DNA of 64,000 nt. Source: Eledone cirrhosa. Its lineage: Eukaryota. The position numbers and the translations under genes were made by a program. Position 1 is the stretch's first letter. Every line of letters starts with the position of its first letter. The stretch spans positions 9,300,001 through 9,364,000 of the forward strand of contig OZ024758.1 in assembly GCA_964016885.1 (NCBI GenBank). Direction: 5' to 3'. This document shows, piece after piece, positions 30,601 to 44,347 of the stretch. The notes below the pieces were generated by a model, which did no database searches, was not told the origin of the DNA, and saw nothing but the letters and a program-made list of their open reading frames with translations.

Positions 30601-33600
30601 TGTTATGTCATTGAGCAAGACACTTTATTTCATGCTGCTTTTTCTGCCAGGAGTTGCAACTGGTAGATAGTATCAATAATGGAAAGACCAATGATATATA
30701 AACTATATGATATAATAAATGTTAACAAAACTTGACATTTGAAAGTTTTAACAGGAGGGAATCTTGAAATAAGCAATACATTATGTATAAGATTATGTTT
30801 AATCAAGAGCTAAGAAATTTAGTAGATAAATTACATAATATTCATTTATGATTTATTCAAAGTAATCCAACTTATTTTAATAATTGTTTCTACTATTGCC
30901 ACAAGGCCAGCAATTACCCAGTACATTACTGGTACTTTATTTTATCGACCCCGTAAGGATGAAAGGCAAAGTTAACCTTGGCGGGATTTGAACTCACAAT
31001 GGCAAGGGCTGTAACTCTATGCGTCAAAGCATGGCGTCCGACCCTCTACCGATACTGCCAATTCACCGCCCAACTTATTTTAATAATGTGATGTAAAATA
31101 ATAAACTGGACACAGTCTTGCAGTTTTCCAATAATTATATATAAGATTGTTGGACATGATTTAGAGCTCTTCAATTAAAAACCAGGATTGGTCTTGTTTT
31201 TAGCTAAGTAAAATGTTTCAAGTTAGTAGAAATAGAATAACATATTTTAATTATTTAACCTGTTTGTGATTATATTTCTAATGAAATATACTCTATTTCA
31301 ATTAATTAATGAACACTTTCAAGAGATTTACTAAAATCATTAAGCATTTATTTACTAAGATAGCAACTTAACATAAAATTATATTGAAAGAGTTTAATTT
31401 AAATAGGAATTCTTTAAAATGCATGGTTTTGTTTCAATGAACCAGAGTCAGTTTGGGGCTGTTGGTATCAAAAGGGCTAAAGCACACTGCTGTATTGTGA
31501 CTGAGTTTGTACAACCAGAATGAGTTGATTAATAACACCAAAGTGTTTCAGTGTATTTTCATATACTGTATATACTCAAATATAAGCATAGGAATATGTG
31601 ACCAAAAAAATTGATGGTAGATGAAGGGGTCAGCTTATATTCGGGGTCAATAAATTGACAATATACACCAACTTCAAATTCTATGTAAATAAGGTTTGGA
31701 TTTTTGCCCATTTCTCAGACATAAAATAGTAGGGTTAGTTTATATTCATATTGGCTTATATTCAAGTATATACAGTAAATCTTTTGATTTACTATTTACT
31801 ATTTTACTCTCATTTATTTTAGGTAAGCATTCTTGAAGACCATTTGAGCGAACTTCAGAACATCGTATATGCTGGATCGAAACGACTCAATTGGAATTCT
31901 CTTAGTATCGGAGACTTTAATACACGATGTGAATCGGTGAGTAGATTTATTCCATATTCTTGTTAAATTCTAGCATAAGGAACTGGAGTAGAGACTTGAT
32001 GGGTTAAGTCTCAAATTCTTTCATTTTACATATATTACTCACACATTCTGGTGCCATGACGAAAAGCATCCAGTCTGCACTGTAAGCTGGTACCACAACG
32101 AAAAACACCTTATCTGTATTGTAAGGCGGTAGTGCTGGTGCCACAACAAAAAGCACCTAGTCTGCATTTCAAGGTGACATCACAACATAAAGCACTAAAT
32201 CCACCTTGTAAGGTGGTAGTGCTGGTGCCACAACAAAAAGCACCCAGTCTGCACAATAAGGTGGTAGTGCTGGTGCCACAACAAAAAGCACCCAGTCTGC
32301 ATTTCAAGGTGACATCACAACATAAAGCACTAAATCCACCTTGTAAGGTGGTAGTGCTGGTGCCACAACAAAAAGCACCCAGTCTGCATTTCAAGGTGAC
32401 ATCACAACATAAAGCACTAAATCCACCTTGTAAGGCGGTAGTGCTGGTGCCACAACAAAAAGCACCTAGTCTGCATTTCAAGGTGACATCACAACATAAA
32501 GCACTAAATCCACCTTGTAAGGTGGTAGTGCTGGTGCCACAACAAAAAGCACCCAGTCTGCACAATAAGGTGGTAGTGCTGGTGCCACAACAAAAAGCAC
32601 CCAGTCTGCATTTCAAGGTGACATCACAACATAAAGCACTAAATCCACCTTGTAAGGCGGTAGTGCTGGTGCCACAACAAAAAGCACCTAGTCTGCATTT
32701 CAAGGTGACATCACAACATAAAGCACTAAATCCACTTTGTAAGGTGGTAGTGCTGGTGCCACAACAAAAAGCACCAATCCACCCAGTAAGGTGGTATTGC
32801 TGGAGTCAAGATAGAATGCTTCCAGTGTATGCCATGAAGTGTTTGACATTAGGAAGAGCATCCAACCATAGAAACCAAGTATGAGACCAGTGTATGAGAC
32901 CAGTATAACCTCAGTATGTGACAGCTTAAGTAGCCTATGTAAACATGGAAAATAGATGTTAAATTGTGATGATGATGATGATGACTGCCAGGAAAGCATA
33001 AAACTCACAGCTCACAATTTTCCTGAAAAAAGTTACTTATGACTAAGATAAAGTAATGGGATCCCGGCCCCACATCAGTTATGAGATGAACATTTCAATT
33101 TGTTTGTTATGCTGTGTATATCCTATCTATCTAGTATCTAGCGTTCTTGCTTGACAGGACTGGGGGGTCATCCTGGTCCACCAGTGTCCTTCATTGTTGA
33201 CAGTCTCTCTGCATCCTCCAAGGTGATGTTGAGTCTCTGGAGATCTTCCTTAATAATGCCCAGTCATCTGGGGGAGAGGGGGGGGGCTCTTCCAGGGCCT
33301 CATTCTCGTGTGTATCCTGATTTTTTAGAATAGATACACTGAACCCTTGCATGCCATAAGAGGTCAGTAAAAGGTTTGGCACGAGGAAGGGCATTATACT
33401 GTAAAACATTGTCTCAGAACATCCCACTAACCATGCCAATATAAAAAAAGTGGATGTAAAAATGATGATGATGATGGTGATGATGGTGATGATGTAGTGT
33501 GTTGTCTTTGTGAAAGACAACACATTTATTTTAGTTAGATTATTGTATTCTTGTGAATGAAAAAGAAGAAACTGTTTCACTTATGTCTCCAAATCATGAA

Positions 33601-36600
33601 TGTCACATCAGCTCTTTTTCGTTCTGTTTAAGTCGGTTAATATCCTGCTTCAACAAAAAAATCTTTTTTATCCTTGTGTGTTTATATACGTTTTTGATAT
33701 TTGTTTATTATTGCAGGGTCTTGCAAAGTTTGAATCTCTGGTAAACCAGATACAAAAGAATGCACGTGATATTTCTCAACGTTTATCAGTTATAGAGAAT
33801 GTTAACCTGTTTAAAATACCGCCACCAAATAATTTTGCTACACTACCAACTTGTAAGGTATGATTAAAACATATGACTTTATCATAGCAAGTGAGTCCCT
33901 TATTCTCTCTCAGTCTTTCTCCCCACTAGAAATACTATTTCTATTAGTTTGTTGTAGGTGGTGGTGTTGTTGGTGGTGGCGTTGGTGGTGTTGGTGTTGT
34001 TGGTGGTTTGGTGGTGGTGGTGTTGTTGTTGTTGTAGGTGGTGTTGGTCGTGTTGATGGTGTTGTTGTTGTTGGTGTTGTTGGCGTTGTTGTTGGTGTTG
34101 TGTTGTTGTTGTTGGTGGTGTTGGTGGTGTTGTTGTTGTTGGTGGTGTTGTTGGCCGTGTTGATGGTGTTGTTGGTGTTGGTGGTGGTGTTGGTCGTGTT
34201 GATGGTGTTGTTGGTGTTGTTGTTGGTGTTGTGTCATGTTGTTGTTGTTGTAGGTGGTGTTCTTGTTGGTGGTGTTGTTGTTGGTGTTGGCGTGGTAATT
34301 GTTGTTGTTGTTGGTGGTGGTGTTGTTGGTGGTGGTGTTGTGTCGTGTTGTTGTTGTTGGTGGTGTTGTGTCGTGTTGATGGTGTTGTTGGTGTTGTGTC
34401 ATGTTGTTGTTGTTGGTGGTGCAGTATTTAGTTACGGCCCTTTACATTCTGAATTCAAATCCCGCCGAGGTTAGCCTTGCCTTTCATCCTTACGGGGGGT
34501 TGATAAAATAAAGTACCAGTAACATACTGGGGTTGATTTAGTCAACTTTCCCCTTCCCTTTAAATTGCTGGCCTTGTGCCAAATGTAGAAACCATTATTA
34601 TTATTGCTGTTGACATTATCTCACCTTAATTTTAATTTTCATCTAGGAATATTTTGAATATATTGGTAAAGAAATGAATAAAGATTTAGAAGTGTTGGTT
34701 CGCAAATATAAAGCCATTGGTCCCTTAATAACCAAGATAGAAGGATTGTTGGTTCAAAGCAATACTGGAAAATCTTCCAAACTACATCACTATTATAAAT
34801 TCTGGGAGAAAAAAGTTTATGAAGCTTTACTAAAGGTAAATGCAGTTTGTTTTATGAATTGTTCATTTTATAGATCGCCCTATACCCATTTCGCTCTACC
34901 AAGCCCCTTGGACTATTAACATTGATTTGTTTCCTTATATATTTTTGAAAATGGATTTTATGAACTCTAGCAACTATATTGAGATTGTAGCCCTTTTGTT
35001 GTCTATTTGAAGCTTAGTTCCCTGAGATAAATGTTCATCATTTCATCCAATATCCTCCTGGATCTCCCAATCTCTCACTTCCACAAGTTCCATCCATTCT
35101 AAGTGCCTTGTATTTATTTATACACCTGTCAACCTCCCTATATCTCTATGGCAGGTGATAATATATCCATATTAGCACATTCTTCTCTCCTGAATGCTAC
35201 AACTGATTTTCTTATATCTAGTTTTTCTCTCAGGACATTCTCTATTTTGTCCTTCATGCACACTAACATTACACATCCAGTGGACCATGGCTGCTCCATT
35301 TCTTTCCAGTATTTGAAAATGCTCTATATTTAAGGCCCACCATTTTTTGCAACCATACATCTCTGCACATTGTACACAAACATCATACAATCTGCTCTTC
35401 ATTCTGAGAGAGAAACCCTGAAGATTCTGAGAGAGAAACCCTGAAGATTCTGAGAAGAAACCTTGAAGATTCTGAGAGAGAGAAACCTTGAAGATTTTAC
35501 AGCTTATTTCTTGCTTTGGCTACTAACTATGCTTCTAGAGACTCACTTCCACTGCTAATTAGGTCTCCTAAGTTAAAATAGCTATCCACTACTTTCAGAT
35601 GATCATCAATAATCTAAAATATTTCAACTTTATGGTTACCGCGACGAAGCCTTTGTTCCACATAGAAGCTGTCCTTGCAGCTCCAGAAGTCATTCTTCAC
35701 CCTTCAGCCAATGATGTCTTCAGTATGACCATACAGGCTTGTAGAGACTGTGTTGAGGGGTAAGGACTTACGTATTTTTTTTTATTCACCCTAAAACATT
35801 TTGAATATTTTTTTACATTTTTTGTTGAATTGTATATACCTTTTTCTATTTATTTTCTGCTATTGTGAAGGCATGTGGCTTTGTGGTTATGGTGCTAGGT
35901 TCCCAATTCTAAGGTCATGAGTTCAGTTTCTGGACTGAGCAGCACATTGTGTCCTTGAGCAAGTCATGTAATTCACATTGCTTCACTCCATTCAGCTGGA
36001 AAAACAATGGGTTGCATCGATATTGGTGTCAAGCTGCATTGTCTTTCCCTTGGACAGTATTGGGGAGAGAGGAAACTGGCATGCATGGGTGACTTCCACA
36101 AAACACTCTGCCTAAGCTTGTGCCATGGAGAGGGAAACCCATGGCCAGCCTTTCATAGGTACTTAACCCATTCCCTGTCTTTCATGGGCTTAAGTCTGTC
36201 TCGTGTTAAGAGGCTCATCAGGCCATTACTTATCCCGTTTCCAAGGCGTGAAGCAACTGAGAGTACTGGACAGGATGCCAGTCTATGGAAGGGTTAAACC
36301 CTCCAGTTATTGCTGGTATTCATTTTCAGCTGAGTATACTGGAGCAAGGTGAAATGAAGTGTTTTGCTCAAGAACACAACACACAACCCAGTCAAGGAAT
36401 CAAACCCATGACATTATGATCGTAAGTTCAACACCTTTACCACTAGGCTATGTGCCTCTTTCATGGTCATATAACCCATGGTCAGTCTGTCATGGGTACA
36501 TAACCCATGGTCAGTCTGTCATGGGTATATAAGCCATGGTCAGTCTGTCATGGGTATATAACCATGGTCAGTCTGTCATGGGTATATAACCCATGGTCAG

Positions 36601-39600
36601 TCTGTCATGGGTATATAAACCATGGTCAGTCTGTCATGGGTATATAACCCATGGTCAGTCTGTCATGGGTATATAACCCATGGTCAGTCTGTCATGGGTA
36701 TATAACCCATGGTCAGTCTGTCATGGGTATATAACCCATGGTCAGTCTGTCATGGGTATACAACCCATGGTCTGTCTGTCAATGGGTATACAACCCATGG
36801 TCAGTCTGTCATGGGTATATAACCCATGGTCAGTCTGTCATGGGTATATAACCCATGGTCAGTCTGTCATGGGTATATAACCCATGGTCAGTCTGTCATG
36901 GGTATATAACCATGGTCAGTCTTACATGGGTATATAACCCATGGTCAGTCTGTCATGGGTATATAACCCATGGTCAGTCTGTCATGGGTATATAACCCAT
37001 GGTCAGTCTGTCATGGGTATATAACCCATGGTCAGTCTGTCATGGGTATATAACCCATGGTCAGTCTGTCATGGGTATATAACCCATGGTCAGTCTGTCA
37101 TGGGTATATAACCCATGGTCAGTCTGTCATGGGTATACAACTCATGGTCTGTCTGTCAATGGGTATACAACCCATGGTCAGTCTGTCATGGGTATATAAC
37201 CCATGGTCAGTCTGTCATGGATATATAAGCCATGGTCAGTCTGTCATGGATATATAAGCCATGGTCAGTCTGTCATGGGTATATAACCCATGGTCAGTCT
37301 ATTAATGGCTATATAAGCCATGGTCAGTCTGTCATGGGTATATAACCCATGGTCAGTCTGTCATGGATATATAAGCCATGGTCAGTCTGTCAATGGGTAT
37401 ACAACCCATGGTCAGTCTGTCAATGGGTATTAGATATTACCGCCATGTTTTTGTCTGGCATGTTCATATAGTACTGAACAGTTCTTTTGTCCTTTTAGTT
37501 CCGTCCACTTCTGGTCAATTCTTTCTCCTATGCTTCCCTAATATTTTGAAGCTTGTTTTATCTTTTCATCTTATTTGAAACCATTCTATACTTTTTTTCA
37601 GAACTAAGAAATTTGTTCGCTGGATGAATGGCAGTGTGTTGTTTTGTCCACCTGTTTATACACCGGGGGAAAACGAGCCATATATCTTCTCATTTTTTAA
37701 TGATATCATTGGACATATGTCTGTGATAGAATTAAAAGAGGTTATTGAAAGTAATATAAAAAAAACTCTCACAAACATTCAGAACAGCCTTTTGAAATGG
37801 AAAAGATTCAGAAACATTTTGGTGGTTGATAAGGTAAGTCAAGAGACAAGACTGAATTAGTATCCCATTGCTTTCTTCCACAACGTTTAGTGAAGTGGGA
37901 AATGGTTATTGGGATGTTCATAGCTTTCCAAAACACATTATCGTCATCATCATCATCATCATCATTGTTTATCATCCATGTTCCTTTTCAGTAAGGTTTT
38001 GAGGAGTTGTCAACAGATAGAGTTGATACTCAAGCTGAGCTAGTGACCCCTCGGATGGCTCAGGGACTTGCATCTCACTTGAATCTGTTCCTGCACTTTA
38101 CCGTGTTCAGATGGGCCATTGACTTGAAAATCGTTTACATACAATCCTACACTCTACTGGGTGCGTCTTATTGTGATACCATCTCCAGGGAGGTTGTCAT
38201 GTCTTTCACACAGTTAAAGAGTCCTCCCGACCCTTGTCTGGCAGGTTTTCTATGGCTGGATGCCCTTCCAATCATCAACCACTTTAAAAAATGTATTAAC
38301 TGCATTTAACATGTAAATTAGTTCTAACAAAAGGAATATAAAATATTTACAACTAGAAATTAAGATTTATCTTACTAGGAGTTTATTTTCTCATCTTCAG
38401 TGTTTTAACTTTGGCTATTTTAGGAAGTTATAGTTTGAATTTCCTGGGTTATTACCTACGTTAATTTTTATCTGTTTATTTTCTTATATTTCATTATTAT
38501 ATTCTTTGATCGTCTTCAGGTTCAATATATTCAAATAAAAATGGATTTAATAGTCCAGAAAAGTCAATCTACTCTAGCAATAACTTACATCAAAATATAC
38601 AAGGGCTGGCTGAAAAGTTCATAGGCTGGCTATAAAGGAGTGATGCTAGAGCTGTGAAATCTTGCATGCATTAATATCAATGTTTCTGAAAATTTCATTG
38701 GCTGACCAAGATACTCTCATGGAATGACCAAATGAGGTTTATTTTTCAACATAGTCCTTGGAAAGAAACAATACACTTATTGATAAGAAGAGTTGAAATT
38801 AATGCATGTGAGATTTCACAGCTCTAGCATCACTCCTTCATAGTCAGTCTATGAACTTTACAGTCAACCCTCATATGTTGATATACTGCTGCTGTATTAT
38901 CACAACATGTGTTTAGATGACACAAACGAATTATATTGAGATTTAGCTCACATACACACACACACAGTTATACTTACACATACACACACAGCTATACTTA
39001 CGCATGCACTCACAGCTATACTCACACACACACTCACAGCTATACTCACACACATACTCACAGCTATACTCACACACACACACACATAGCTATACTCGTA
39101 CACTTAGGCTCAAGCATAGCCTCTCTTCTTTGTGAACTTTTCAGACTACCCTCATATAAACCTGATTTCTCTCTGTGTTTTCATTATAATTATTAATTTC
39201 TTTATTAATGACTATTTTTATTTTCTTGTTGTCTCCAGCAATTGAGTGCCAACAAATGGTACAACAATAAACCTACATTGATTGATTTTGACAATAAGCT
39301 CCAGCATTACTACCAATGCATCGAAGAAATAAAGAAACAACCAGTCGTTCGGGAACAGAACTTTATTGAGATGTCCATAAAGCCTCTAGCTTGCGCTGTT
39401 GAACAGCATGCTCTCAACTGGATCAGCGTCATTGGGAAACTGCTCCATGACTCTGCATCTGAAAATCTTTCTAATCTCAATGATCTCTTTGTGGTTAGTG
39501 TCCTTAAGCCTTTTAATTGTTGTTGTTGTTCTGGTCATTGTTATTGATTATATTTGGGACAGATTTTACGGGCAAAACCAACTGGGGGTAGACCCCAAGC

Positions 39601-42600
39601 AAGATAGTTGGATAACATCTATGAGCTTGGCTGATCTTGCTTGGGGATCCTTCAGTCGGATCAGTTGTAAATGGTTGCTTCTGAAAGGACCCACTGGAAG
39701 GAGTATTTGAGGACTCTGCCTCCACGACCCTCTCAGGAATAAGTGGGCAAAAAAGAAGTGAAGAAGAAGAGATTGTTGTCATACTTGTAAAGAGGTTGTT
39801 AGAGCATTGGATATTTTCTCCATGTCTCTTTATTCTGAGTTCAAATCCCATCAAGGTTCACTTCTCCTTTCAGATCCTTTCAGGGTCAATAAAGAAAGTA
39901 CCAGCTCAGTGTTGGTGCAACCTTCTTTCCTTCTAGTTGTCTGGATCCAAGGCTGGCTGGTTGATTGAAAGATTGTCTGTTAGTAATTGCATGAACACCT
40001 AAGACACTTAGCATGATGCATTCTACCAAGTCATACTTGATTACAAGTTATGGCTGTAGTTTATACTACTTGTAATTCTTACATATACGCATTTGCAGAC
40101 AAAAGTCAAAGAATTGGACCATGCCCCTGACACTTTAGATGACCTAAAATTTGTTCTAATGACCATCAATACAATTCGAATGATGTCAATTGATGTGGAA
40201 ATTAATGCATGTGAGATTCAGGAACAATACCGTACCTTGGAACTACATGGTATCCCGGTAGGTTGATAACTTCTATTACATTCTTTTATTTCTTTACTGG
40301 TTTTAGTCATTAGATTCTGGCTATAGGTGTCTTTTGTGATTTATTATACAGTGGAATCTTGGTTCATGACCTTAATTCATTCTTGAAGATCATTTGTCAC
40401 CCAAAATGTTCATAAACTGGAACTATTTTTCCCATATGAAATGTTGAGAGAGAAATAAAGTGAGAGAGAGAGACCGTGTGTGAAATACAGATATAGATAT
40501 CACCACAGTAACTAACTACACAGCAAGTGATGCTTTCCTGCCGATGCTCCCAGCTTGTTGCCGGCTTGAGTATTTGTTACTTGAGACACCATTCGTTATT
40601 GTTCACGATAAAGGTGTTCATGAACCAAAGTTCCACTGTAATCTATACTATAATATAATGGTTATATGTACCATCTGTGATGTATAGAGACATGGCTTTT
40701 ATCCCTGTATGTCTAAAACCATATGCATTAACTCTGACATTGAAGAGATTTATCAAGAACTTCTTTGCTAAATATTATTGTTCCTGTTCTAATTCCCTTC
40801 TTCACAATTCTCCATCATTGGTTGTTGACATCTGTCCCCATCCAATTGCCTAATTCACTTATCTGGTAGCCCAACCAATTCTCTAATCTGGTTGCTGTAG
40901 GCTTTGCATGCCTGGAAATATAAGTCAAGTTTGCAAGAGCTGACTCTCTGTCTATGAGTGCTGTCTAAGTCAATTGTACAGATCACAAATTTGTCTAAGT
41001 CACAAATCTGTCTAAGTCACAAATTTGTGGACTGTATAGCTGACTGGTTGAAATTATGGATATCCTACACTATCATTGGAGGTGTGTGGTCTAGTGGTAA
41101 AGGTGTTAGACTTAGAATCATAATGTTGTGGGTTTGATTCCAGGGCTGCATGGGTTGCATGTAGTGTTCTTGAGCAAAACACTTCAGTATACTCAGCTGA
41201 AAATGAGTACCAGCAATAGCTGGGGATTTAACCCTGCAATGGATTGGTATCCTGTCTGGAGGTGTGGAGTCTTGTACTCTTAGTCGCTTCACACCACAGA
41301 AACCGAGATAAGAACCAGCCTGATGAGCTGGGCTCGAAGTGGACTTTACCCATGAAAGTCTGACAATAGGTTATGTACCCATGAAAGCACTGCCTGATGA
41401 GCCTCCAAGCTTGAGACAAAAGAAGAACTCGACCATTAAACTTTACCTTATCACTTGCCTTATATATTTTTTAGGTTACTGAAGAAGAAAAGAAATCAGC
41501 ATCAGATTTATTTAACCTCTGGGATGATCTCACATACAAAGCTAAAAATGTTGAATTTAGTTTGAGAATTGTGAAGAAGACATTCACTGAGGTAAGTTAT
41601 CGAATTGAAATTAAAATTTATGATGCTTTTTATAGTTTGGCTGATCACCACTCATTGGGAAATGATAACCCCTCTTTTTCAGCTTGTACAGAATTCTAAT
41701 TTCGTTTGCCATGTGTATCTCGGTTCTTAGAATATGTACACTGCATCCATGTGTGTCATCAGTGGTGACTAAAAAGGTTGGCATCAGGAAGGGTATCCTC
41801 AGCTGTAAAACATTGTCTCAAAATAACAGCAGCAACAACAACAACAACAACAACATGCTGTTAGTGATTCTTTCATAGTAGTAATTCTATCCTATCTACT
41901 CTACACAGATAACACAAAATCAAATCAAAGACTTCAGTGATAGAGTGAAGGAATTTTATGAAAGATTCAGAACTGAAGGTCCTGGAACTGTTGGTGCAGA
42001 TATGGATAAAGGTTTGGATTCTTTTATATTCAATATTATCATTGCCACCATATATCTAAATATTTTTTATAAAATATAATTTATCTCTTCATCCATTTAA
42101 TTACTGAAAACAGGCTTCACATTTAAAATTATCAACATCATCATTGTTTAATGTCTATTTTCCATGCTAGCATGGGTTAGATGGCTTGTCCCATTTGAGG
42201 CAAGTTGGGACAGGTGACTGTGTCTTGCTCATACAAAACTGTTTTTGGCTTGGTTGCTACTGCTGAATGCCCCTACACAACCACTTTACAGAGTGGTCGT
42301 GTAGGTGTCACGACAAAAAGTGCCCAGCCCACACTGTAAAGTATCCAATACACACTGTAAATGCTGTTGGTGTTAGGAAGGACATTCAGCCGTAGAAACC
42401 AAGACAAAATCAGTTCTGTATGATCACCTGATCTGGCTTGTCTCACAATTGGACAACTAGTCTAGCCCATCTTAGCATGGAAAAATGAACATTAAAAAGT
42501 GATGATGATGATGATGATAATGATGGTTAAAAACTCTTTCCTAAGTTATCTTTGACTCTGCGTGCTATAATTGTAATTGCTCTAAATTTAATTGAAGAAA

Positions 42601-44312
42601 TTTGCCATCCTTTGTAAGAGAAGTGTTCAATGTTTTGACTGGTTTATAGATGATGTGCAGTTAGTCCAGAATTGAATTGTTAAGATTAGTACCCATTTCC
42701 AAATGTGTTTACCTCTCTAACAGGTGTCGAAATGATGACACACTATACAAAAGAAGTGAACAAATTTGAAACTGAACGGCAGGAACTTGCGAATGCTGAG
42801 AAATTATTTGACCTACCAATTACAATGTATAGTGACTTATTGTCTGTGCAAAAGGAAATGGTCAGTTTAGACGCCTTGAATAAACTTTATATTAGTCAGA
42901 AGGTAAGTAGTAGATATATAAAAACTCTTTAACCCTTTTGTTAATATTTCTAATGAAAAACATCACCTACAAATTTCAAATAAGTTTGCAAATTATGAAG
43001 AATAGGGATTTAGTAACATAACTAATTTTCTTATTATTCCTCTGGGTCTTGGAACATAACAACAAAGTCCCAGTCCACACTGTAAAGTGATCATGTAGCT
43101 GTCACGACAAAAAGCGCCCACTCCACACTGTAAAGTGGTTGTGTAGGTGTCATGACAAAAAGTAACCAGTCCACACTGTAAATGTTGTTGGTGTTAAGAA
43201 GGGCATCCAGCTGTAGAAACCAGGCCCAAATCAGTTTCTGTATGAGCGAGACATGGTCGTCTGACCAGGTTTATCTCACAATGGGACAACTCATCTAGCC
43301 CATGCAAAGGTGGAAAAATGGATGTTAAACGGTGATGATGATGATGATGATAAACACAGTTTTGTATTGTAGAATCAGGGGTCGTTTCAAGCAATTTGGT
43401 ATCAAAAGGGTCAATGTAAAATGACATATCAAAATAAACATTTCTTTTTGACAGGAAGCCAGAGAAGAATGGTCCAACACTTTATGGACCAATCTGAATA
43501 TTCAAATTCTTCAAACAGGGATTGAAAATTTCATTAAAGAATTCCGGAAACTTTCAAAAGAAACTAAATCTTTGCCTGTTGGCAAAGCACTTGATGAACG
43601 AATGAAAGAATTCCGTGATTCATTGCCATTGTTTGTAGATTTGAAAAATGAAGCTTTGCGAGAGAGGTTTGTTTTATATTCCCTTAACTATTTATATCAC
43701 TTCCTTAGCTCAGTACTGTAGTTGGTAATCTACATCACAGGTTCTCAACCCATTTCGGCCAAACGCCCCTTTTCGCCCCTCAAAATCACGAAACGCCCCC
43801 CCCCCCCCCTCCTATTTTTCCATTTTTCAATATACTACTGATTTTGATATCAGTAGGTTACTGGGCCAAATCAAGTCCTGTTATAATCTTTAAAAAAAAA
43901 AAAAAAAATACTCGTACAAATTAAATACGAAAAAGTTTCAGTCCAAAACGAAAGCAAACTATTTCAAATTATATATTTTTGAAAAATAGACGTGAATGTT
44001 CTCAAAGACTTGATCCCAGTCGACTCTGTAAAGTGTTTGGTGATAGGAAAAGCAATCCACTGTAGAAACCATGCCAAAAGGGTCAAGAGGACTCTTCTGT
44101 TCCAGCGTAGAAAAGTCAATGTAAAAACAATGATGATGATGGTGATGATGATAATTGTATTGCTTATGGAGTGTTAAAATGGTGGTAGCGGTAGGGGGAG
44201 GGACAGAGGCCAGGAGCTAGGGGTCAGGTGATGCCTTAGGTTAATTCTATAGGAATTGGATGGCTGAAATAAAGGATGAATGTTAAAAAAGTTGAAGTAG
44301 TAGTAGTAGTAA

Positions 44313-44347
<35 letters not shown>

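Noticed and set aside
32110-32884. 250-aa and 197-aa repetitive ORFs as a nested gene
   Set aside because: Explained by stop-free repeat units with lengths divisible by 3; SINE-derived; no credible ATG start or splice context
33860-34474. Long Val-rich, His/Gln/Thr-rich and Cys/Trp-rich ORFs (also poly-ER at 7949, poly-Y at 44174, YIHT repeats)
   Set aside because: Translations of microsatellites
36460-37430. CRISPR-like appearance (29-bp palindromic repeats; also the 36-bp array at 51788-52537)
   Set aside because: Units are contiguous with no unique spacers, the context is a eukaryotic intron, and there are no cas genes
38485-38530. Minus-strand CTGAAGA...GAAA
   Set aside because: No stem I or stem II complementarity; expected by chance in AT-rich DNA
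41315-41420. Two CTGATGAG motifs resembling hammerhead cores
   Set aside because: Followed by GAAG or GAGA rather than GAAA, with no stem I/III pairing; part of the SINE A2 tail
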